From assembly GCA_051275765.1 (NCBI GenBank), contig JBNMOV010000001.1, forward strand, positions 1 to 53,329: a stretch of DNA of 53,329 bases. Direction: 5' to 3'. This document shows, in pieces, positions 25,273 to 34,371 of the stretch. A program made the position numbers and the translations under genes. The stretch's first letter is position 1, and the number at the start of each line of letters is the position of its first letter. This stretch comes from Maribacter sp. (GTDB lineage Bacteria; Bacteroidota; Bacteroidia; Chitinophagales; Saprospiraceae). Below the pieces are notes generated by a model, which saw only the letters and a program-made list of their open reading frames with translations, was not told the DNA's origin and made no database searches.

Positions 25273-27051
25273 ATGTACGATATTCTGCAATTACATGATA
25301 TGCTAGTGCCAGAACTAAGGCAAATAGCAGAGACACTAGAAGTAAAAGGATACAAACGCCTGAACAAACAGGATCTTATCTACAAAATACTAGATCAACA
25401 AGCCATTAAAGGTACTGGTGCAAAAGAAGAAACTCCAAAACCAAAGCCAAGACCAAGACCAAAGGCAAGACCAAAAGCAAAGGTTGAAGAAAAACCAAAA
25501 AGAGTAAGTAAGAAGGTAGAGGAAGAGTCAGAAGCTCCAAAACCAAAACCAAAACCAAAGCCAAGGGCTAAGGCGAAAGTTGAAAAGAAGCCTGTAGAAA
25601 AAGCGGCTACTGAAGAGAAGCCAAAAAGAGGAAGAAAGAAAGAAGAAGAGGAGGAGACAAAGCCAGAGGTGAAAAGAGAAACTTCTGAACAAAAGGAAAG
25701 TTCAGCTCCATCAGAAGAGAAAAGAGAAGAGAAAAGAGAAGAATCTACAGTTCGATCAAAGAAAACTGAAGATACTAGTTCTGATAGCAGAAGACGAGAG
25801 GACGAAGTTAGAAGAGAAGATGGTGTTATCAACGAATATAAAAAGAACTACAAAAAAGATAGGGACTATAAAAGGCGAGATAGAAGCGAAGAAGAAAGAG
25901 CTCCTCGTCCACCTCGTTTCAATGTAGAGTTAGATGGTATCGTAGAAGGAGAAGGTGTATTGGAAATGATGTCTGATGGCTATGGTTTCCTGAGATCTGC
26001 AGATTACAATTACTTAACTTCTCCAGATGATATTTATGTCTCTCCTTCACAGATTAAGCTATTTGGCTTAAAAACTGGAGATACAGTAGAAGGAGCTATC
26101 CGTCCTCCAAAGGAAGGCGAAAAGTACTTCGCATTACTTCGAGTATCCAAAGTAAATGGATTGACTACAGAAGAAATTAGAGATAGAGTCCCATTTGATT
26201 ATTTGACACCATTATTTCCTAATGAAAAGATCAATCTAAGTACTTCTGCTACAGGTAGAGATTTGAGTTCTAGAATGATTGATTTGTTTACTCCAATTGG
26301 AAAAGGACAAAGAGGACTTATCGTAGCACAGCCTAAGACTGGTAAGACATTCTTGTTGAAAGATATTGCGAATGCAATAGCTATCAATCATCCAGAAATA
26401 TATATGATCGTGCTTCTAGTGGACGAACGTCCAGAGGAAGTAACAGACATGAAACGAAGTGTAAACGCAGAAGTAATTGCTTCTACTTTTGATGAGCCAT
26501 CTGAGAACCACGTAAGGGTAGCAGGTGTAGTATTGGAAAAAGCGAAGCGATTGGTAGAGTGTGGTCACGATGTAGTAATTCTTTTGGATTCTATTACTCG
26601 TTTAGCTAGAGCGTACAATACGGTTGCTCCTGCAAGTGGTAAAGTACTTTCTGGTGGTGTGGAAGCGAATGCATTACACAAGCCTAAGAAATTCTTTGGT
26701 GCTGCTAGAAATATCGAAGGAGGTGGTTCATTGACCATTCTTGCTACAGCATTGATAGATACGGGTTCTAGAATGGACGAAGTTATCTTTGAAGAATTCA
26801 AGGGTACAGGTAACATGGAACTTCAGTTGAACAGAACATTGTCTAATAAGCGTATTTATCCTGCTATTGATGTCAATAAGTCCAGTACACGTAGAGATGA
26901 TCTATTGTTGGATAAAGATGTAATGAGCAGAATGGATATTTTGAGAAGACATATGGGCGATATGAAGCCAGATGAAGCCATGTTATTCATGTTGCAACAG
27001 ATAAAAGGTACTTCTTCTAATGAAGAATTCCTTTACTCTATGAATGGGTAA
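25273..27051 (+). CDS. rho: Transcription termination factor Rho with a ~170-aa basic/acidic low-complexity insertion
   Basis: The Rho_N helix bundle ([18 protein letters not shown]) and the CSD-like RNA-binding domain ([15 protein letters not shown]). Walker A is QPKTGKT and Walker B is [13 protein letters not shown]. The insertion at aa ~45-215 is rich in K/P/E/R. Confidence 0.95.
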   Translation: MYDILQLHDMLVPELRQIAETLEVKGYKRLNKQDLIYKILDQQAIKGTGAKEETPKPKPRPRPKARPKAKVEEKPKRVSKKVEEESEAPKPKPKPKPRAKAKVEKKPVEKAATEEKPKRGRKKEEEEETKPEVKRETSEQKESSAPSEEKREEKREESTVRSKKTEDTSSDSRRREDEVRREDGVINEYKKNYKKDRDYKRRDRSEEERAPRPPRFNVELDGIVEGEGVLEMMSDGYGFLRSADYNYLTSPDDIYVSPSQIKLFGLKTGDTVEGAIRPPKEGEKYFALLRVSKVNGLTTEEIRDRVPFDYLTPLFPNEKINLSTSATGRDLSSRMIDLFTPIGKGQRGLIVAQPKTGKTFLLKDIANAIAINHPEIYMIVLLVDERPEEVTDMKRSVNAEVIASTFDEPSENHVRVAGVVLEKAKRLVECGHDVVILLDSITRLARAYNTVAPASGKVLSGGVEANALHKPKKFFGAARNIEGGGSLTILATALIDTGSRMDEVIFEEFKGTGNMELQLNRTLSNKRIYPAIDVNKSSTRRDDLLLDKDVMSRMDILRRHMGDMKPDEAMLFMLQQIKGTSSNEEFLYSMNG

Positions 27052-27084
27052 ACCATTCCGAATATTTTAAATAATACGCAAGTA

Positions 27085-27116
27085 TTTGGATTAATAAGAG
27101 AATTTCAATACATTTG
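27085..27116 (+). promoter_or_regulatory. Candidate Bacteroidota sigma-A promoter for rpmH (-33 TTTG, -7 TACATTTG)
   Basis: TTTG at 27085-27088 and TACATTTG at 27109-27116, spaced 20 nt apart, ~57 nt upstream of the rpmH ATG. Confidence 0.4.
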
Positions 27117-27172
27117 CGTCACTTTTGTAAAAAAAAATCTTGCTAGGGCAAGTTATAAAATAGAAGATAGCG

Positions 27173-27328
27173 ATGAAACGTACATTTCAACCATCAAGAA
27201 AAAAGCGTACTAATAAGCACGGATTCCGTTCTCGTATGGCAACTAAGGACGGACGTAGAGTTCTAGCTCGTCGTCGTGCTAAAGGTCGTAACAAGTTGAG
27301 TGTTTCTGATGAGAGAGGTGCTAAGTAA
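27173..27328 (+). CDS. rpmH: 50S ribosomal protein L34
   Basis: Absent from the ORF track because it is under 60 aa. It translates [51 protein letters not shown], the canonical L34 sequence. Confidence 0.95.
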   Translation: MKRTFQPSRKKRTNKHGFRSRMATKDGRRVLARRRAKGRNKLSVSDERGAK

Positions 27329-27367
27329 TACGAAGCCGATTTCTTAAAGATATATTTTAGCTTTAAC

Positions 27368-27400
27368 AAAAAGCCCATGGATTCATATTCATGGGCTATC
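27368..27400 (+). terminator. Hairpin downstream of rpmH
   Basis: An 8-bp stem AGCCCATG/CATGGGCT. The following T-tract is weak. Confidence 0.45.
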
Positions 27401-27605
27401 TGTTCTTGGCATAAGGCTAAAAAATAGATAGTGAGATATTAAGATAATTAGATTTTGATAAAAGTAATTTATTTACTTTTATCCAATCATTTAGTTCTAT
27501 TTGGTATAAGACATAAGTAACCCGTCTAAATTATTTATATCTTAAATCCCTTTATTTAGAGATATTAGGGCAAAAATAACCTATACTTTATTCTAAATAA
27601 TACTT

Positions 27606-27680
27606 CGATGCTTGCATCGGGGAAGTAACTTCCGGGTAGAGTTTAAGAGGGCGTGATACCTCGGGGCTTGCTCCGGGGTG
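27606..27680 (+). other. GC-rich triple-hairpin element (candidate structured RNA)
   Basis: CGATG-CTTG-CATCG (27606-27619), GGAAG-TAA-CTTCC (27621-27633) and a 10-bp stem with a CTTG loop (27657-27680), all inside an otherwise AT-rich spacer. The strand was assigned from G-T pairs. Confidence 0.3.
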
Positions 27681-27783
27681 ATTCATTTTGAACGATTACT
27701 TAACAGGAATTACTTATCCTTTTCTTCTGTTACAAATCTAGAGCGATTTTATCTTAATATCTCAAAACCTTGACATCTAATTA

Positions 27784-28197
27784 ATGGAAACAAAACGAAC
27801 TTTTACGTTTAAAAAAGAAGAAAAGTTAAAAAGGCGTAAAGAGATTGACAGACTTTTCATAGAAGGGAAATCCTTTCATCAATATCCTGTTCGTTGGGTA
27901 TGGTCTGCTACTACTATGTCAGAAACCAATCCTTTTCCTTGTCAAGTATCTGTTTCTGTTTCCAAAAGGAAATTCAAACTTGCTGTCGATAGAAATAGAG
28001 TCAAACGATTGATGCGAGAAGCATGGAGATTAAATAAACACAGACTTTACGACAATTTAGGAGAAGAAGAAAGGTATTCTATTATGTTGATTTATACAGC
28101 AAAAGAAGAGTTACCATTAGAAAGAATAGAGAATAAAGTAAAGCGAGGTATGAAACTATTCCTAAAGCACAGATTTCTTAAAGATACTAAAAAGTGA
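27784..28197 (+). CDS. rnpA: Ribonuclease P protein component
   Basis: The basic RNR-like motif VSKRKFKLAVDRNRVKRLMREAWRL, in 137 aa. Confidence 0.85.
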   Translation: METKRTFTFKKEEKLKRRKEIDRLFIEGKSFHQYPVRWVWSATTMSETNPFPCQVSVSVSKRKFKLAVDRNRVKRLMREAWRLNKHRLYDNLGEEERYSIMLIYTAKEELPLERIENKVKRGMKLFLKHRFLKDTKK

Positions 28198-29309
28198 TGA
28201 TAGACATGATTATCATATCCCTTTTTAGTATTTGTGCTATTCTACAAATCGCTTACTGGCTTATCCTTTTTTCTAGACTGGCGTTTTTCAAGGAGAAAGA
28301 AAACTCATCTGATAATCTACCTCAAGTAAGCATCGTTATCTGTGCTTATAACGAAGCCAATAATCTAAAAAAATACCTTCCTGAAATCCTAGAACAAGAT
28401 TATCCATCCTTTGAAGTACTCGTAGTTAATGATGATTCTAATGATGGTAGTTCGGAGATATTAGAAGATTTTAAACAGCAATATCCTCATCTTTCCATCC
28501 TATCACTTTCTTATCCCAATGGCAAAAAAAACATAGGTAAAAAGAATGCACTCTCAGAAGGTATCAAGAAAGCAAAACACGAGATACTCTTACTGACTGA
28601 TGCTGATTGCCATCCCCAAAGCAACCAATGGACGAAAAAAATGATCTATACATTAAGTGATTCTACCAGTATTGGCTTAGGATATGGTCCTTATGAAAAG
28701 AAAAAAGGACTATTAAATGCCTTTGTAAGATTTGAAACTGTATATACTGCGATTCAGTATATGTCGTTTTCATTGTGGGGAATTCCTTATATGGGAGTAG
28801 GGCGGAACATGATTTATAAAAAAGAATTGTTTTTTCAAGTAGGAGGATTTGAGCAGCATTCGCACATAGCATCTGGGGATGATGATTTGTTTATCAATGC
28901 AGTAGCCAACAAAAATAATACTGCCATTGTTATCAATGAACAAAGTCAGATGTACTCTGCTCCAAAAGAAACATGGTATGCTTATTTTAAGCAAAAAAGT
29001 CGCCACGTAACGACAGGAAGACATTATAAATGGATACATAAAATCCTATTAGGATTCCTGTCCTTATCTCATTTTGGAATCTATTTCTTCGCGCTATTAT
29101 CTATTATTTTTGGAAGTAGCACCTTTTTTGTACTAAGTTCATTATTAGTAATCATTAGTTTGAAAAGTATAGTATTTGCATTAATAGCAAAGAAGTTGAA
29201 AGAAGGCAGCCTAATCCCTCTAATTCCTTTATTAGATGTGATTTATGTGCTATATTACATTTTATTAGCGCCAGCACTGATGTGGGGCAAAACGGCAGAA
29301 TGGAAGTAG
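28197..29309 (+). CDS. Family 2 glycosyltransferase with C-terminal membrane domain
   Basis: VSIVICAYNEANNL, VVNDDSNDGS and LLTDADC (DxD) motifs, plus several C-terminal TM helices. The ATG overlaps the rnpA TGA by 1 nt; the track start is GTG at 28194. Confidence 0.8.
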   Translation: MIDMIIISLFSICAILQIAYWLILFSRLAFFKEKENSSDNLPQVSIVICAYNEANNLKKYLPEILEQDYPSFEVLVVNDDSNDGSSEILEDFKQQYPHLSILSLSYPNGKKNIGKKNALSEGIKKAKHEILLLTDADCHPQSNQWTKKMIYTLSDSTSIGLGYGPYEKKKGLLNAFVRFETVYTAIQYMSFSLWGIPYMGVGRNMIYKKELFFQVGGFEQHSHIASGDDDLFINAVANKNNTAIVINEQSQMYSAPKETWYAYFKQKSRHVTTGRHYKWIHKILLGFLSLSHFGIYFFALLSIIFGSSTFFVLSSLLVIISLKSIVFALIAKKLKEGSLIPLIPLLDVIYVLYYILLAPALMWGKTAEWK

Positions 29310-29947
29310 AAAAAAAGAACGAACACCTTTCTCATAAAGCTCAGGCAGATTATGATCTGGTTCTGAAAGCGGTAAATGACGATGATCAGCAGGCATATAC
29401 TATCCTGATGGAACGTTATCGCAATTCTATATTCCATATGATGCTAAAAATGGTCAATAATAGGGATGATGCAGATGATCTGACCTTGGAAGCATTTGGT
29501 AAGGCATTTAAAAAACTACCTAGCTATGCTCCTAAATATGCATTTAGTACATGGTTATTTAAAATCGCCATTAATAACTGTATAGATCACATGAGGAAGA
29601 AGAAACTTAATCTTCTTTCCATAGACGATCCCATAGATGGCAAAAGTGGTAATGACTTTTCCAATAACTTAAAATCTTCTGTACTAGATCCAGAAGAAGA
29701 ATTCATACAGAAGCAAAAGGTAAAACTTATGCGAAATGTACTAGGAAGACTCAATCCTAAGTACAAACTGATGATAGAATTGAGATTCTTCGAAGAATTG
29801 AGTTATGATGATATCGCTAAGGAATTGGGTATACCTTTAGGTACTGTAAAGGCACAACTTTTCAGGGCAAAGGAAATCCTATATAATATACTTCAAGATT
29901 CTAATCCAAAAGCATATTTGGATATGAAAAAAAGAAAGAAAAAATAG
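29300..29947 (+). CDS. Sigma-70 family (ECF-like) RNA polymerase sigma factor
   Basis: Region 2 (DDADDLTLEAFGKAFKKL..., FSTWLFKIAINNCIDHMRKKK) and region 4 (MIELRFFEELSYDDIAKELGIPLGTVKAQLFRAKE). The ATG at 29300 overlaps the GT2 end by 10 nt; the track start is GTG at 29282. Confidence 0.8.
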   Translation: MEVEKKNEHLSHKAQADYDLVLKAVNDDDQQAYTILMERYRNSIFHMMLKMVNNRDDADDLTLEAFGKAFKKLPSYAPKYAFSTWLFKIAINNCIDHMRKKKLNLLSIDDPIDGKSGNDFSNNLKSSVLDPEEEFIQKQKVKLMRNVLGRLNPKYKLMIELRFFEELSYDDIAKELGIPLGTVKAQLFRAKEILYNILQDSNPKAYLDMKKRKKK

Positions 29948-29949
29948 GC

Positions 29950-30465
29950 ATGAAAAAGCCTTATATTATTGCTGTATCCATTTTAGCACCTCTTCTTGTA
30001 TTTGTAATGTTACTCTACGTTTTCAAAGGGGTAAAGAACTACATTGTCAATCAATTCAATACAGAATATATCACGCCTTCTCCAAAGGATTCGCTTTATA
30101 TGAAATTGCTCAATATTCCTGCAAATAGACAAGATGCAATGAATGTTAGTAAAGAGGTAGAAGAATTCTACTTCATCACAGATTCAATGAAAACCATTCT
30201 CGATGCTAAAATTTCATCAGAACTCATCGCTGAAATTATCGTAGATAAAGGTCTAGCGATAAAAACGAGAGATCTACTTCTTCAATTAGATACGTCAGCA
30301 TTGATAGATTGCCAACCAGCCTGTTTGGAAGCTATTTATAAAAATGAAGAAGAGTGGATCAGCGTTTTTAATACCAAACAACCAAAGGAAATAAGGGCAT
30401 TCCTACAGCAGAAAATCGACTTGATTGTTAAGGCAGAACAAAAGGCATTGGAAAAAATAAAGTAG
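29950..30465 (+). CDS. Hypothetical N-terminally anchored protein
   Basis: Starts 2 nt after the sigma stop and has one N-terminal TM helix. No recognisable motif. Confidence 0.4.
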   Translation: MKKPYIIAVSILAPLLVFVMLLYVFKGVKNYIVNQFNTEYITPSPKDSLYMKLLNIPANRQDAMNVSKEVEEFYFITDSMKTILDAKISSELIAEIIVDKGLAIKTRDLLLQLDTSALIDCQPACLEAIYKNEEEWISVFNTKQPKEIRAFLQQKIDLIVKAEQKALEKIK

Positions 30466-30724
30466 AAAATAGCATAAGTATACGGTCTAAGCCTGCAAAA
30501 AATATCGAAAAATTCAGAGACTTAAATAAAATATTTTTAGCAAGAAATCCCTATTAGTATGTCAATTATTGGATATTTTGCTAATTATATCCTAATATGA
30601 AGCCCTCATTTTTCTTTTTTCGAATAAACATCCTATTTTTATCAATATTAAAGGAAAAGGACAAGTCAGATGCATATATTATTATTTGCCTGCTTCTAAA
30701 AGTAAAATCTAATTTCATCTACAT

Positions 30725-31114
30725 ATGAAAAAGTTAATATTAACATTCTTTGCCTGCACAATGATGCTAGGCTTATTTGCACAAAAAAGCACTATCGATA
30801 GTTTTGTAGAAGGCAAAATGGATAAAGGTGTATTTGTGGAGCAAATGGTAGACTACTTCCAAAAGTATAATGTTACTGCTGACCAACAAGCTAAAATTAA
30901 AACATTAGCAGAAAAGAAAGCAGAAAACTATACTGTCATCCAGGGAATAAAAGCTAAGGATCAAGATTTATATGCTAGAAAACTAGCTGGTCAGAGAGAA
31001 CACTTAACGAGTTCTTTGAGATTTGTTCTAGATGCAGAACAATATACGAAGTACATGATGGATATTCGTGTAGAACTAGCAGCAGAAAGACCACAGGTTA
31101 AGAATAAAAAGTAA
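30725..31114 (+). CDS. Hypothetical periplasmic protein, possibly LTXXQ (Spy/CpxP-like)
   Basis: A signal peptide and helical sequence with VTADQ and LDAEQ motifs reminiscent of LTXXQ. The similarity is weak. Confidence 0.35.
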   Translation: MKKLILTFFACTMMLGLFAQKSTIDSFVEGKMDKGVFVEQMVDYFQKYNVTADQQAKIKTLAEKKAENYTVIQGIKAKDQDLYARKLAGQREHLTSSLRFVLDAEQYTKYMMDIRVELAAERPQVKNKK

Positions 31115-31345
31115 GATCGTCAAAAGATCTATCGTAAGGCGGAACATCCAGAAGGCTGTTTCGCCTTATTTTGTTTTATAGAGAGCTATTTTAAGTAACA
31201 ATTAACAGCGTTCCAACGTTTGTCATATTAGGCATAATTTAGAGTAAGGTATTAGGCAATTAATAAAGTACGCAAAATGGTGAGCTTTTTCTATTCCTTA
31301 AATCGAAATGAAGAAAACAACATTTAAATAGATCAACTTCTTTTT

Positions 31346-33145
31346 ATGAAACACGCAAGCATATTATTTTTTCTATTATTCTTTTTGAGTATCAATATAT
31401 TCGCTCAGGATAATCGCTTGGCACAGGAATATTTCAATAATGGCGAGTATGAAAAAGCATCATCATTATATGAAAAATTATATGCTAAGAATACGAAGAA
31501 TGATTATTATTTTTCTCGTTTTCTAGCTTGTCTCATCGAACTGGAAGAGTACGAAGAGGGGGAGGATTTGGTCAAAAAGCAAATAAAGAAAAACTCTAAG
31601 AGTTATAGACTTTATTTGGATTATGGAAATCTCCTAGAACGGCAACAAAAGGTAGACGAGGCAGATGCCATGTTTGCTAATGCAATAGACAAGGTAGGTG
31701 GAGATCCAAATGCCATAAGGAATCTGGCGGCACAGTTCCAAAATATGACCAAATATGATTTAGCTATCAAGACCTATGAAAAAGGAATAGCTACAGGTAA
31801 TGCTCTAAATTTCTCTTACTACTTAGCAGAACTCTATCGCAGAAAAGGAGCTTCAGAGAAAATGGTAGAACACTACCTCATCAGCCTAAGAGAAACACCA
31901 ACTAGAATTACTACGTTAAAAACTATCTTCCAAAGATATTTTACAGAAGATGATTTATTAGAACTACAAACTCAGCTTTATACCAATATACAAGACTATC
32001 CAGAAGAAGAAATCTATCCGGAATTACTTTCATGGGTATTCATACAAAAGAAAGACTATAAAGGAGCATTGCGACAAGCGAAGGCATTAGATAGAAGAAA
32101 TGAAGAAAATGGTGGTAGAGTCTATGACATCGCACAAACTGCTGCTAATGACAAGGATTGGGATACTGCAATAGATGGATTTGATTATATCATTGAGAAT
32201 AAAGGATCTGGTTCTACCTTTTATATAGAAGCAAAACAACAGTCTTTAAGATCTAAAAGATCTAGATTGGTAGAAGGCTATGATTATTCGCAGGAAGAAC
32301 TGAAAGAACTTGAAAAAGAATATGAAGTCTTTCTGGAGGAATTTGGTAAATCTAGAACTACAGCATCTATCATAACAGAGCTAGCAGAGTTAGAAGCATA
32401 TTATTTGAATGATTTGGATAAGGCAATTGGCTATTTGAAAGAGTTAGTAGAATATCCTAGAGTAAATCCTCGTGTACTTGCTGGTGCCAAAATAAATCTA
32501 GCAGATTTTTATCTGATGCAAGGCGAAATATGGGAATCTACATTACTATATTCACAAGTCGATAAAGAATTCAAAGACGATCTATTAGGACAGGAAGCAA
32601 GATATAGAAATGCATTGTTATCCTATTTTGCAGGAGATTTTGAATGGGCACAAACTCAGTTTAAAGTACTTAAAGCATCTACGTCCAAGCTCATCGCTAA
32701 CGATGCACTGGATCGCTCCATTTTTATCATGGATAATTTAGCATTAGATACGACGGATAGTCCGCTGATTAAATTTTCTGAAGCAGAATTGCTAGTCTTC
32801 CAAAATAAATTTGATGAAGCATTCGATAAACTTGATTCCATTAGAACACTCTATCCAGAACATTCTTTAGAAGATGACGCTGTTTATCTCAAGGCTCAGA
32901 TTTATTTCAAAAAGAGGAATTACGAAAAAACAGCCTTGATGTTCCAAAACATTATAGATAACTATCCAGAAGGGATTAGAGCAGACAATGCTATTTTCGA
33001 ACTAGCAGAACTCAACGAAACCAAACTCAACAACATAGAAAAAGCAACAGAACTCTATGAAAAAATAATATTCGATTATTCTGGCAGCACCTTTTCTGTC
33101 GAAGCAAGGAAAAGGTATCGTCGCTTATTAGGAGAGGAGTTATAG
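31346..33145 (+). CDS. Tetratricopeptide-repeat protein (secreted)
   Basis: A signal peptide and multiple TPR-like A..Y..G.Y..A helical repeats along 599 aa. Confidence 0.65.
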   Translation: MKHASILFFLLFFLSINIFAQDNRLAQEYFNNGEYEKASSLYEKLYAKNTKNDYYFSRFLACLIELEEYEEGEDLVKKQIKKNSKSYRLYLDYGNLLERQQKVDEADAMFANAIDKVGGDPNAIRNLAAQFQNMTKYDLAIKTYEKGIATGNALNFSYYLAELYRRKGASEKMVEHYLISLRETPTRITTLKTIFQRYFTEDDLLELQTQLYTNIQDYPEEEIYPELLSWVFIQKKDYKGALRQAKALDRRNEENGGRVYDIAQTAANDKDWDTAIDGFDYIIENKGSGSTFYIEAKQQSLRSKRSRLVEGYDYSQEELKELEKEYEVFLEEFGKSRTTASIITELAELEAYYLNDLDKAIGYLKELVEYPRVNPRVLAGAKINLADFYLMQGEIWESTLLYSQVDKEFKDDLLGQEARYRNALLSYFAGDFEWAQTQFKVLKASTSKLIANDALDRSIFIMDNLALDTTDSPLIKFSEAELLVFQNKFDEAFDKLDSIRTLYPEHSLEDDAVYLKAQIYFKKRNYEKTALMFQNIIDNYPEGIRADNAIFELAELNETKLNNIEKATELYEKIIFDYSGSTFSVEARKRYRRLLGEEL

Positions 33146-33193
33146 TACCAGTTTACCTTAATAACATCCAATTTTATTATCTCAAAATCTCCC

Positions 33194-33823
33194 TTATCCC
33201 TGCACATACATAATATACTTCTCCTTAAAATATTCATCATCAGAATAATCAGAAATAGGAAAAGCTTCAGTATACTCATGTTTTGGTAGAAGATTGATTT
33301 CCTTTATAGGATCTCCTCCTTTCCATGCAAAAAGTCCATTAGGAAAACCATGCTGTTGCTCCGTTTTCAATAAAGGTCTAGACCATGCTAGTAATTTATC
33401 AATACTCGCCACAGCCCTACAAATAACAAAATCAAATTTTTGATTTTTCATTTCCTCTGCTCTCTGCTGTATAGCCACCACATTCTTCAATCCTAAAGTA
33501 TGGATAACTTCCTGAGCCACGCCTATTTTCTTTTTAGTACCATCCACCAAAGTGAATTTTACACGAGGATAAAGAATCGCCAAAGGAATCCCTGGAAAAC
33601 CTCCTCCAGTACCTAAGTCCAATATATCACTACCATCTTGAAATTCATTAACAAAATGAATAAACATAGAATGCAGGACATGATGTAAGTATAGATTATC
33701 AATGTCTTTTCTCGAAATAACATTGACCTTACTATTCAAGTCTCTATATAGTCCATCCAAAGCTTCTAATTGCTCTATCTGCTGCTGATCTAAGTCTGGA
33801 AATTTTTTTATAATTCGTTGCAT
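33194..33823 (-). CDS. rsmG: 16S rRNA (guanine527-N7)-methyltransferase
   Basis: The SAM-binding motif ILDLGTGGGFPGIPLAI, with RsmG/GidB size and layout. Confidence 0.88.
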   Translation of the reverse strand: MQRIIKKFPDLDQQQIEQLEALDGLYRDLNSKVNVISRKDIDNLYLHHVLHSMFIHFVNEFQDGSDILDLGTGGGFPGIPLAILYPRVKFTLVDGTKKKIGVAQEVIHTLGLKNVVAIQQRAEEMKNQKFDFVICRAVASIDKLLAWSRPLLKTEQQHGFPNGLFAWKGGDPIKEINLLPKHEYTEAFPISDYSDDEYFKEKYIMYVQG

Positions 33824-34045
33824 AGTACAAATCTAAAACAAACAATTCCTTTTTTTACTAAAATCAAATGTAATTCAGTAGTAAAATTATGGAGTAGTTA
33901 GTATCTGTGTAGTAAATTAAGTGGAATTTTACCCTCTTTAAGTATAATCTTAAGGTGGAAGGATAGGTCGTTCTTCATTGAGTTGCTAGAATAAAAAAGC
34001 CCGTTACAAATCATTGATTTATAACGGACTGTCTAAAAGATTAGG

Positions 34046-34120
34046 TGAGCGATGAGAGACTCGAACTCCCGACCCCCTCGGTGTAAACGAGGTGCTCTGA
34101 ACCAACTGAGCTAATCGCCC
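34046..34120 (-). tRNA. tRNA-Val (TAC)
   Basis: The minus strand reads GGGCGATTAGCTCAGTTGGTTCAGAGCACCTCGTTTACACCGAGGGGGTCGGGAGTTCGAGTCTCTCATCGCTCA. It has the acceptor, D, anticodon (loop TTTACAC) and T arms, 75 nt in total. Confidence 0.92.
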
Positions 34121-34160
34121 TACTTTCTAATGAAAATCACTCTTCTTCAAAAGTGGAATG

Positions 34161-34191
34161 CAAATATACTATCACTTTTTAAAAAAATCAA
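34161..34191 (-). promoter_or_regulatory. Candidate promoter for tRNA-Val (-33 TTG, -7 TATATTTG)
   Basis: On the minus strand, TTG is followed after 20 nt by TATATTTG, ending ~40 nt upstream of the tRNA 5' end. Confidence 0.4.
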
Positions 34192-34371
34192 CATATAGGA
34201 CGTTTTTTTTATAGTTTTTTTCAAATTATATTTTTAACAGCAGTCACTGCCACTCTAATTTTATTAGCTAGCCTTTTTTAGTTAATATTGCCATGTAAGA
34301 TCTAGTAAAGTAATTACATTAAGTAATACCTTTATCTATCAACACTTTATAAATTAAGATAACTACAGTCA

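Noticed and set aside
25395-25832. A 145-aa minus-strand ORF inside rho.
   Set aside because: It is a low-complexity mirror image of the K/P/E-rich Rho insertion (S/F/G-rich translation) and has no independent signals.
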